Shown one piece after another: positions 7,971-15,172 of a DNA stretch of 33,941 nucleotides. The stretch is taken from NCBI GenBank assembly GCA_964368915.1, contig CAYJDH010000006.1, positions 1 through 33,941 on the forward strand, read 5' to 3'. Below the pieces are notes generated by a model. It had not been told where the DNA came from. It worked only from the letters and a program-made list of their open reading frames with translations, and made no database searches. Each line of letters starts with the position of its first letter. The first letter of the stretch is position 1. The translations under genes were made by a program, and so were the position numbers. Source of the stretch: an uncultured Candidatus Saccharibacteria bacterium (GTDB taxonomy: Bacteria > Patescibacteriota > Minisyncoccia > Phycocordibacterales > UBA5272).

Positions 7971-8363
7971 TTACAAAATGGATAGCTTCTTCAGCTCAGC
8001 GCGAAGTTGTAAATAGTTTGGTATTGTCTTTGCGACTAGATTCCAAAAGTCTCGCGAATGGTTGAACTCACCAATATGACACAACTCGTGGACAATGATG
8101 TAGTCAGATAAGTCAGTGGGCAACGTAGCGATGCGATAATTAAAATTAAGATTCCCCTGTCTCGAGCAACTCCCCCATCTAGTTACGGTATTTTTAATTG
8201 TTACTCGTTTATAAGAAAAGTTGTAAAATTGATTAAAATATTGGAGGCGAGACAAGGCGAGCGCTTTAGCGCTCGCCTTGTTAAGTAAAAAGTCTTGCCC
8301 AGAAAGTTTTTTTACTTTTTTTGCTCTTACTTTCACCCGCCTTACCAATCTAAATCTAAACAT
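7971..8363 (-). CDS. YgjP-like (DUF45/SprT-like) zinc metallohydrolase, short form
   Basis: 130-aa ORF with TRWGSCSRQGNLNFNYRIATLP and the HExxH site IIVHELCHIGEFNHSRDFWNLV, characteristic of the DUF45 family. N-terminally shorter than typical 230-aa members. Confidence 0.8.
   Translation of the reverse strand: MFRFRLVRRVKVRAKKVKKLSGQDFLLNKASAKALALSRLQYFNQFYNFSYKRVTIKNTVTRWGSCSRQGNLNFNYRIATLPTDLSDYIIVHELCHIGEFNHSRDFWNLVAKTIPNYLQLRAELKKLSIL
8252..8281. repeat. Perfect 30-bp palindrome inside the DUF45 gene
   Basis: ACAAGGCGAGCGCT-TT-AGCGCTCGCCTTGT: 14-bp arms that are exact reverse complements, GC-rich. Encodes ..NKASAKALALSRL.. on the minus strand. Confidence 0.9.
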
Positions 8364-8440
8364 ATTATAAAAATAAAGTGTAACACTTTTATATCACGAC
8401 CTGTTATATATAAAGTAAACCTAAAAACAAAATAAACCAT

Positions 8441-9079
8441 ATGAAAAATAACAAAATAAGCAAGAGAATACAACTCGCATTAGTATCAACCATATTGGTG
8501 CCAGCTATGGTGTCTGCTGCTGGATTGGATCTGGGGTTAGACACTAGTGTGCCAGGGGTAGCAAATACCGCCGTGGTAAACATTAACACTAGTACAAACA
8601 CAGTAAATACAAATGTAAACACTACATTAAACACTGAGGTAACATCTGATATAAAGATATTGTCATCAGCACAAGTTTCTAGCAATACAGATCTAGAAAC
8701 ATTTGAGGTTAATGTAGTTGCTAATAATGAGAATGTCGAGGATATAAGTATAGAAGATGGTGCAAACGGAGAGTCTGAAGTAGTTGTAAGTTACAAACAT
8801 AAAGGCAGATTCCTAGGACTATTTGACGTTAATGTAACATCAAACACAACAGTAACTGCAAAATCAGGAGTGGATGCCGAGGTGGACTCGAGTCTATCTT
8901 GGTGGAGCTTTTTAGTCACTGACGTTAGCTATAACGAGGAGACTCTAGAGTCAAGCATAAAAAGTAACACAGCCATCAAAGCAAATGCTCAGGTTAATGC
9001 TACCGCTAACGCAAAGGCAATAATAGCTGAGACATTGATAGCAGAACTGCAAGTCAATGCCGCAGCAAGTGTAAAATAG
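8441..9079 (+). CDS. Secreted Asn/Thr/Val-rich protein of unknown function
   Basis: 212-aa ORF with a signal-peptide-like N-terminus (KRIQLALVSTILVPAMVSAAG). Low-complexity N/T/V-rich region, no Cys. Followed by a strong terminator. A TGTTATATA box at 8402-8410 is a possible promoter. Confidence 0.65.
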   Translation: MKNNKISKRIQLALVSTILVPAMVSAAGLDLGLDTSVPGVANTAVVNINTSTNTVNTNVNTTLNTEVTSDIKILSSAQVSSNTDLETFEVNVVANNENVEDISIEDGANGESEVVVSYKHKGRFLGLFDVNVTSNTTVTAKSGVDAEVDSSLSWWSFLVTDVSYNEETLESSIKSNTAIKANAQVNATANAKAIIAETLIAELQVNAAASVK

Positions 9080-9093
9080 GCCCCTAATAATAT

Positions 9094-9120
9094 AAAAGCC
9101 CCGCCTTTGGCGGGGCTTTT
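9094..9120. terminator. Bidirectional intrinsic terminator
   Basis: AAAAGCCCCGCC-TTT-GGCGGGGCTTTT (stem 9098-9105 / 9109-9116), flanked by A- and T-tracts. Sits between convergent genes 8441..9079 (+) and 9124..9555 (-). Confidence 0.85.
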
Positions 9121-9123
9121 ATA

Positions 9124-9555
9124 TTATTTACCTTCTACAAACTTTTTAAAGTTATCCAGTATGGCTTGCCACCCGGCACGCTGCAGCTCCTCACTGTTAA
9201 GACTTTCCATATCAAATGTTTCTGTGACTTTTGTCTCCATGTCAGAAATCTTTTCAAAAGTTATCTCACACATTCTGTGCTCTAAGTCACTTTCTAATTT
9301 ATCCATCTTGTACACCAACTTTTCACCCTCTATCACCTCTGTATATGTGCCAGTAAAGTCAAAAGACTCTGTATTGTCCACCGAGTGCATATTTGTTAAG
9401 AATCTGCCGTCAACACGCACGTCGTTCTCTACATTCCCCACAGCCCAGTCATCTGATGCGTGGCACCAGACCTTTACAGCCTCAGGACTGGTCCATTTAC
9501 CCCAAACATTTTTAATGTCACTATTTACCGTCACTTCTACTGTTATCTTTTGCAT
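9124..9555 (-). CDS. SRPBCC/AHSA1-family protein
   Basis: 143-aa ORF. ITVEVTVNSDIKNVWGKWTSPEAVKVW.. and ..FDFTGTYTEVIEGEKLVY.. fit the Aha1/START-like (SRPBCC) pattern. Lies 29 nt downstream of nirK on the same strand. Confidence 0.7.
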   Translation of the reverse strand: MQKITVEVTVNSDIKNVWGKWTSPEAVKVWCHASDDWAVGNVENDVRVDGRFLTNMHSVDNTESFDFTGTYTEVIEGEKLVYKMDKLESDLEHRMCEITFEKISDMETKVTETFDMESLNSEELQRAGWQAILDNFKKFVEGK

Positions 9556-9584
9556 ACGTAAATTATAACATCTAACTATAAAGC

Positions 9585-10823
9585 CTACATGCCGTCCATA
9601 TGCATAACATCTCCACCAACCGGAGAGTATATTTCTGCAGTACTAGAACCTGTAACATCGAGCACAGCCCAGGCACCTTTGTTCATCCTTGCGAGCGCAT
9701 GGTCAACTAGCAGATATTTGCCTGGCACATCGACCGTAAACTCGACAATAGTAGATCCTCCTGGCAATACGGCAGTAGTTTGAACGTTTCTGAATACAGA
9801 ACTACCTTCACCCATCGCTCCCTCTGGATACACCTTATCGAATATTTCGCCAATAACATGGAATGAGGATATTAGATTCACACCTCCGTTACCTACATAA
9901 ATACGTATCTTGTCACCAACTTTTGCATGCATGCGTGGAGCACTCTCTATTTTGCCATTAAATGTAACATAATTAGGATGTCCCTCTACTAGAGCTTCTG
10001 AGTCGAAAACTGTCAAACCTTTTTTACCAATCTCTCCCATTGTGTACAATTCACCTTGCACCACATAAAACTCCTTATCGACTTTTGATAACCCTTCTTT
10101 TGGCTCCACCAGTATTAACCCGTACTGACCATGTGAATTATGGGTGCTAACATTTGGCATAGCACAATGGTAAATAAACAATCCTGGATTCAAGGCCTTC
10201 CACTTAAAAGTCTTTGTCTCGCCAGGCATCACATCAGATAATGAAGCTCCACCTCCTTGACCTGTAACAGCATGCAAATCAATATTATGATGATGTAAAC
10301 TAGACACATCATTAGTTATCGACATTATAATAGTATCTCCTTCACGCACACGATACATTGGACCAGGCACTGTCCCATCAAATGTCCAATAATTAAAGTA
10401 TATTCCTGGGGCTACTTCGCTTATCACCTCTTTTACTTTTATGTCTATCTTTACTTCTTCTGACTCATTTCTGTCCAGTGCTACAGGAACATCATTTGGA
10501 TCTCGTCCTATATCTGCAACCTTTTCAAACCTAGATTCGTTTTTAAAAAAGTTAACGATGTTTACAAACGGTAAATTTGGAGCAACACCACCCGGAGCCA
10601 TAGAGTGCATAAACATAGGCATCGCAAACCCGGGAGAATATGTCCTATTAGACAGAACCCCACCGAAAAAAGACAAAATGAAAACAACTAATGGTATATA
10701 AACCCATTTGCGTTTGAAAAACGTTTGTATCGCTTTTCTTTTTATCAAATGTTCAATAAAAATAATCAAAGCTATTGCTCCAGACACCCAAGCTATGATT
10801 TCAAATATAATATATGTGTACAT
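9585..10823 (-). CDS. nirK: Copper-containing nitrite reductase, membrane-anchored
   Basis: 412-aa ORF. Two N-terminal hydrophobic helices, then two cupredoxin domains. Cu ligand motifs HHHNIDLHAVTG, FIYHCAMPNVSTHNSHGQYGLILVEP, SSFHVIGEIFDKVY and LLVDHAL. C-terminal MHMDGM tail. Confidence 0.85.
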   Translation of the reverse strand: MYTYIIFEIIAWVSGAIALIIFIEHLIKRKAIQTFFKRKWVYIPLVVFILSFFGGVLSNRTYSPGFAMPMFMHSMAPGGVAPNLPFVNIVNFFKNESRFEKVADIGRDPNDVPVALDRNESEEVKIDIKVKEVISEVAPGIYFNYWTFDGTVPGPMYRVREGDTIIMSITNDVSSLHHHNIDLHAVTGQGGGASLSDVMPGETKTFKWKALNPGLFIYHCAMPNVSTHNSHGQYGLILVEPKEGLSKVDKEFYVVQGELYTMGEIGKKGLTVFDSEALVEGHPNYVTFNGKIESAPRMHAKVGDKIRIYVGNGGVNLISSFHVIGEIFDKVYPEGAMGEGSSVFRNVQTTAVLPGGSTIVEFTVDVPGKYLLVDHALARMNKGAWAVLDVTGSSTAEIYSPVGGDVMHMDGM

Positions 10824-10849
10824 TTTTAGATTTTAAGTTAAGTAATTAA

Positions 10850-10858
10850 ATTATAACA
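10850..10858 (-). promoter_or_regulatory. Extended -10 promoter (TGTTATAAT) for nirK
   Basis: The minus strand reads TGTTATAAT, 26 nt upstream of the nirK ATG (10821-10823), in the 39-bp gap after the FNR-like gene. Confidence 0.4.
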
Positions 10859-10862
10859 TCAC

Positions 10863-11564
10863 TCAGAAAAACTCCTCAGTGAAAATACTACTCTCAGAAA
10901 CACCACCAAGGTAAAGCAGCTTGTGGTAGCTTTGTACAAAGTCCATCGATCCACAAATAAAAAAGTCCACCTTACCACTTTTACTTTTTTCTAAAATATC
11001 GTTTATTGGTATACGTCCAGATTTTATGTTTTCTAAATCAACTGTTTCTTTTGTTAAATAATAGTGAGTCTTAAAAATATTTTTATACTTGTTTGCTAAC
11101 ACATCTAATTCATCTTTAAAAACGACACCAGACAGAAACTTATTAGAATAAAAAAGATCAATCTTTCTATTAGGATTAATCTTCAAACTCTCAACAATCA
11201 TACTCCTAAATGGAACAACGCCTATACCACCAGCAATAAACACCATCTCTGTTTCAGTTGACTCTGTATAAAAATATCCGAATGGGAGTGACCCTAGTAA
11301 AATATCCCCAACTTTTTTGTCAGTAATCAATTTAGAAAAAACACCCACCCTCTTTACTGTTATATTTACACCCTTCTCACTTGGAGCGCTAGATACACTA
11401 TACTCCTTACCTTTGTTTTTATTTATATCTGGGAAGAAAATTGTTACGACTTGTCCAGCAATATAACTAGATAACAAAGCACCAGAAAACAGGCTCAGCG
11501 TAAAAACGTCATCTACCTCTTTTTTTATATTTACTATTTTATATTTTATAATGTTGTTTTGCAT
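10863..11564 (-). CDS. FNR-family FAD/NAD(P)-binding oxidoreductase (no Fe-S domain)
   Basis: KEYSVSS (RxYS-type FAD motif), FIAGGIGVVPFRSM (GGxGxxP NAD motif), FFICGSMDFV and a terminal aromatic (TEEFF). The ORF-track start (11582) is a TTG inside nrdG. I prefer the ATG at 11562-11564, 2 nt after the nrdG stop. Confidence 0.72.
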   Translation of the reverse strand: MQNNIIKYKIVNIKKEVDDVFTLSLFSGALLSSYIAGQVVTIFFPDINKNKGKEYSVSSAPSEKGVNITVKRVGVFSKLITDKKVGDILLGSLPFGYFYTESTETEMVFIAGGIGVVPFRSMIVESLKINPNRKIDLFYSNKFLSGVVFKDELDVLANKYKNIFKTHYYLTKETVDLENIKSGRIPINDILEKSKSGKVDFFICGSMDFVQSYHKLLYLGGVSESSIFTEEFF

Positions 11565-11566
11565 AT

Positions 11567-12256
11567 TTATCTTACTCCACAAAACTCGACGTACTTTTCC
11601 ACTCTGAATTTTATACCTGCGAACTCGTCATCTGTATAAGTAGTTTTTTTTATAAATTGTGGACTGAGAACTTTTCTCGGTATAAACTTTTGCAAAAAAA
11701 ATCTCTTAGCCCCCTCTATCTCTTTACCTATTTGTTCAAAATCTTGAAGTGACAACATGGATCTAACTACTGTTGTTCTAAATTCATACTCTATTCCACT
11801 TTTTTTAATAATCTCAATGCTTTTTCGAATAGCTTCTGTGTCCACCGATCTGCCCACCGTCTGCATGTATTTTATTATTGGAGCCTTTATATCCATAGCG
11901 ATATAATCAACCAGCTTTTCATCTATAACTTTTTGCAAGAAATCTGGATCAACACCGTTGGAATCAAGTTTTATTAAAAATCCCAAATTTTTAACCTTTC
12001 TCATAAACTCAATCAACTTCTCACCGCACATACTTGGCTCACCACCAGTTATCACAACTCCATCTAACATATTTTTCCTATTCGAAAGAAAGTTTAGTAT
12101 TTCTTTTTCATCAATTTTTATTTTACATGTCTCATTGACCAGCTCAGGGTTATGACAATACGGGCAACGAAAAGGACATCCTATAGTGTAAACCATGCAC
12201 GCAGTCTTACCTGGATAGTCTATCAACGTGAATTTCTCAAATCCTCCGAAAAACAT
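11567..12256 (-). CDS. nrdG: Anaerobic ribonucleoside-triphosphate reductase activating protein (radical SAM)
   Basis: 229-aa ORF with FTLIDYPGK and the CPFRCPYCHNPE CxxxCxxC radical-SAM cluster motif, plus GVVITGGEP. Starts 1 nt after the nrdD stop. Confidence 0.9.
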   Translation of the reverse strand: MFFGGFEKFTLIDYPGKTACMVYTIGCPFRCPYCHNPELVNETCKIKIDEKEILNFLSNRKNMLDGVVITGGEPSMCGEKLIEFMRKVKNLGFLIKLDSNGVDPDFLQKVIDEKLVDYIAMDIKAPIIKYMQTVGRSVDTEAIRKSIEIIKKSGIEYEFRTTVVRSMLSLQDFEQIGKEIEGAKRFFLQKFIPRKVLSPQFIKKTTYTDDEFAGIKFRVEKYVEFCGVR

Positions 12257-12257
12257 A

Positions 12258-14456
12258 TTAAGAGACTATTTGAGGAACGTTAAACACCTCCACACTAGTA
12301 GGTGCTGTACCCGGAAGATACATCTCTCTAACATCATACTCAGCTTGCTTACCCTCATTCCACTGACTGACCGGGCGCAAATATCCAACAATACGTGAAT
12401 AGACTTCACATACACCTCCACAAGAATTGCATTTAAAGTGTTCTCCGACAATGTAACCGTGAACTGGACAAACACTAAATGTTGGAGTGATGGTAAAATA
12501 TGGTAATTTGTAATTTTCACATATTTTCTTTACCAAATTTGGTACCGACTGATAATCAGCCAATCTCTCTCCTAAAAACAAATGTATCACTGTCCCTCCT
12601 GTATATTTTGTTTGCAGGTCATCTTGTATATCAAGTGTCTCAACTATGTCATTTGTATAATTAACCGGCAAGTGTGAGGAATTTGTATAGAATGGCTTGG
12701 CACCTTTTTTATAAACATCTTCATTGGCAACTAATATCTCTGGATACATTTTTTTATCCCGCAATGCGAGACGGAAAGATGTTCCTTCGGCTGGAGTAGC
12801 TTCAAGATTATACAGATTACCAGTCTCTTTTTGATATCCTATTAATCTGTTACGCATATGTTCCAATACGTCGACGGCAAATCTCCTACCATTTTCTGTT
12901 CCAATATTTTGACCAAAAAGATTAAGCGTTACCTCATTCATACCTATCAGACCTATTGTTGAAAAGTGATTTTTCCAATACTGACCAAGACCACTTTTAA
13001 TATTTCTAAGATAAAACTTTGTATACGGATAAAGATTTGCCTCTGTTAATTTTTCAAGAAGTTTTCTTTTTATTTCGAGACTCTCTTTTGCTATATCCAT
13101 CTGCGCATCGAGCTGTGAAAAGAATTCTCTTTTCGCTTCAATTAAAGAGGATTTATTTTTTGTTTTGGCTATATACGCAATACGAGGCAAATTAACGGTC
13201 ACCACACCTACAGATCCGGTCAACGCATTAGCACCAAAAAGCCCTCCCCCACGCCTATCGAGTTCATCCAAATCAAGACGCAATCTGCAACACATAGAAC
13301 GTGTGTCCTCTGGCTTCATATCTGATGTCACAAAATTACTAAAATATGGGATACCATATTTTGCCGTTATCTCCCAAAGTCCTTTTAATTTTGGATTAGC
13401 CCAGTCGAACTCTTTTGTTATATTGACTGTTGGTATCGGGAATGAGAACACACGCCCTGCCGAGTCTCCCTCCATCATAACTTCAAAAAAGGCTTCATTA
13501 AACATATCCATTTCTGTTTGGAATTCACCGTAGAGCTCCTTTTGCTGTTTACCACCTATTATGACGGGTGTATTTTTGAAATTTACCGAAGGGTTTAGAT
13601 CTAATGTTATATTTGAAAAAGGGGTCTGAAAACCAACACGAGTAGGCACGTTCATGTTGAATACAAACTCTTGCAAGGCTTGCTTTACCTCTTTTTGAGT
13701 GAGATTGTCATAACGAATAAACGGTGACAATAATGTGTCAAAATTTGAAAAAGCTATCGCCCCTGCTGCCTCACCTTGAAGGGTGTACATAAAATTAACA
13801 ATTTGTCCGAGAGCTGTACGGAAATGTTTCGCTGGTGCTGATTCTATCTTATCACTCACACCCTTAAAACCTGTAATCAACAGATCCATCAAGTCCCAAC
13901 CAACACAATATATGGACAGTGTCCCTAGATCATGTATATGTATATCGCCATTTTCATAAGCGTTACGTATCTCTTGTGGATATATCTTGTTAAGCCAATA
14001 AGTCTTGCTAACCTCTGAGAAAATATAATTATTAAGCCCTTGTAGTGAGTAGCCCATATTACTATTTTCTTTCACTTGCCAATCTAGTTTATCCAAATAA
14101 TTATCTACTAGCCCCAATGATGACACCGTGGCAAAACTCCTCATCTCTGCATGTTGCTCGCGATACAATATATACGCCTTTGCAGTGACCTTGAAACGAG
14201 ATGTCATGAGTGTGCGCTCTACAGCATCTTGAACTTGCTCTATCTGAACAACATCTCCACTAATTATCCCATTTAAATAATTGATAACTTTTTCTGCCAA
14301 CTCACGAGCGGTAACCACATCAAACTCCTTCGTTGCATACCCAGCTTTTGTAACAGCCTTCACAATTTTTTCCTTATCAAACAAAGCTTGCGTCCTATCG
14401 CGTTTGATTATTTTTGTAAAATTAGGAGAGATATTCACAGGTGTTAATGTTTTCAT
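12258..14456 (-). CDS. nrdD: Class III (anaerobic) ribonucleoside-triphosphate reductase
   Basis: 732-aa ORF. N-terminal ATP-cone (IIKRDRTQALFDKEKIVKAV..AKAYILYREQ). C-terminal Zn site (CPVHGY..CNSCGG) and the glycyl-radical motif RIVGYLRP. Confidence 0.95.
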   Translation of the reverse strand: MKTLTPVNISPNFTKIIKRDRTQALFDKEKIVKAVTKAGYATKEFDVVTARELAEKVINYLNGIISGDVVQIEQVQDAVERTLMTSRFKVTAKAYILYREQHAEMRSFATVSSLGLVDNYLDKLDWQVKENSNMGYSLQGLNNYIFSEVSKTYWLNKIYPQEIRNAYENGDIHIHDLGTLSIYCVGWDLMDLLITGFKGVSDKIESAPAKHFRTALGQIVNFMYTLQGEAAGAIAFSNFDTLLSPFIRYDNLTQKEVKQALQEFVFNMNVPTRVGFQTPFSNITLDLNPSVNFKNTPVIIGGKQQKELYGEFQTEMDMFNEAFFEVMMEGDSAGRVFSFPIPTVNITKEFDWANPKLKGLWEITAKYGIPYFSNFVTSDMKPEDTRSMCCRLRLDLDELDRRGGGLFGANALTGSVGVVTVNLPRIAYIAKTKNKSSLIEAKREFFSQLDAQMDIAKESLEIKRKLLEKLTEANLYPYTKFYLRNIKSGLGQYWKNHFSTIGLIGMNEVTLNLFGQNIGTENGRRFAVDVLEHMRNRLIGYQKETGNLYNLEATPAEGTSFRLALRDKKMYPEILVANEDVYKKGAKPFYTNSSHLPVNYTNDIVETLDIQDDLQTKYTGGTVIHLFLGERLADYQSVPNLVKKICENYKLPYFTITPTFSVCPVHGYIVGEHFKCNSCGGVCEVYSRIVGYLRPVSQWNEGKQAEYDVREMYLPGTAPTSVEVFNVPQIVS

Positions 14457-14482
14457 TTTCTATTTATGTTATATTGATAAGT

Positions 14483-14520
14483 ATCTATACTTTTTATTAT
14501 AATATAGATGACCATCTATG
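14483..14520. promoter_or_regulatory. ATCTAT repeat set in the nrdD / ArsR-type divergent spacer (candidate operator)
   Basis: ATCTATA (14483-14489) and its inverted copy TATAGAT (14503-14509), separated by 13 nt, plus a third direct copy ATCTAT (14514-14519) overlapping the regulator ATG. TATAAT at 14498-14503 lies within it. Confidence 0.3.
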
Positions 14521-14883
14521 AATAGAAAATCGCTGGGGATAAGTCAAAAAAAAGTTACTAATACTGAAAAAGAAAGGACATACCCTGTGCCTGAATGGGT
14601 GCCGAACGATGTCTCGACAGAAAAAGAGCTCTGTCCAGACTGCTTTAAGGTTGTTGGCGAGCGCAGTAGATACAATATGGTGTGTATGCTTGGGCAAACA
14701 AAAGACGGTATGACGGTTGGTGAATTAACAGAAAAAATGAATCTCCAGCAACCAACTATCACTCACCACCTACAAGTATTGCAATCAGTAAACGCTGTTG
14801 AAAGTGAGGCGGTTGGTAGGAATCGTATATACAAACTAAACCGCGACGCTCATTGTTTCGAAGATTGTAAAATACCGTATTAA
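14518..14883 (+). CDS. ArsR/SmtB-family transcriptional regulator with an N-terminal extension
   Basis: 121-aa ORF. CPDCFKVVGERSRYNMVCML.. then the winged-helix core MTVGELTEKMNLQQPTITHHLQVLQSVNAVESEAVGRNRIYKLN (the QPT[IV]SHHL motif of the ArsR family). C-terminal HCFEDC. Confidence 0.8.
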   Translation: MNRKSLGISQKKVTNTEKERTYPVPEWVPNDVSTEKELCPDCFKVVGERSRYNMVCMLGQTKDGMTVGELTEKMNLQQPTITHHLQVLQSVNAVESEAVGRNRIYKLNRDAHCFEDCKIPY

Positions 14884-14904
14884 ATATAAACATGCTACAC
14901 TTTT

Positions 14905-15133
14905 ATAAGCAACTCGACGAAAGGATGCTCCATGTTAGACCACTGCGTCCCCAACCAGAAACAGCTTGAGCGTGTCGCAAAAAGGCACCCCAAGGCTGTC
15001 CATGTTGTTGCAGTCTGCAGCAAGGACAGAATACGCTGGATAGTGTGCGTCAGCGAAAAGGCTGCCAGCAACCTCGTCAGCGCCAACTGCCAATGTGCAT
15101 TTCAATACAACCTCACGCAAATACGTGAAAACA
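14905..15133 (+). ncRNA. Candidate structured non-coding RNA, or relic of a gene (family unknown, strand uncertain)
   Basis: Spacer between convergent genes, about 54% G+C by hand count over 14941-15120, unlike the other AT-rich spacers. Several nested and competing helices and an 8-nt direct repeat. Ends at the hairpin 15134-15167. No convincing CDS. Confidence 0.3.
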
Positions 15134-15167
15134 AAAAGACTAAACGTAGGAATGCGTTTGGTCTTTT
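15134..15167. terminator. Bidirectional intrinsic terminator
   Basis: AAAAGACTAAACG (15134-15146) pairs with CGTTTGGTCTTTT (15155-15167), loop about 8 nt. There is one G-U on the plus transcript and an A-C mismatch on the minus transcript. T-tracts on both sides (minus reads TTTTTGTTTTC). Starts 6 nt after the ABC exporter stop. Confidence 0.8.
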
Positions 15168-15172
15168 AAGTT

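Noticed and set aside
14457-14517. NrdR box upstream of nrdD
   Set aside because: No 16-bp palindrome of the acaCwAtATaTwGtgt type is present. Only the ATCTAT repeats were seen, and they are reported separately.
15047-15070. Possible SRP RNA helix 8: GUCAGCGAAAAGGCUGCCAGCA loosely resembles GUCAGGUCCGGAAGGAAGCAGCA
   Set aside because: It has no GNRA/GGAA tetraloop closed by the expected 3-bp stem. It has no 5' AGG to pair with a 3' AGCA in the symmetric loop, and no flanking long helix. The resemblance is limited to GUCAG...CAGCA.
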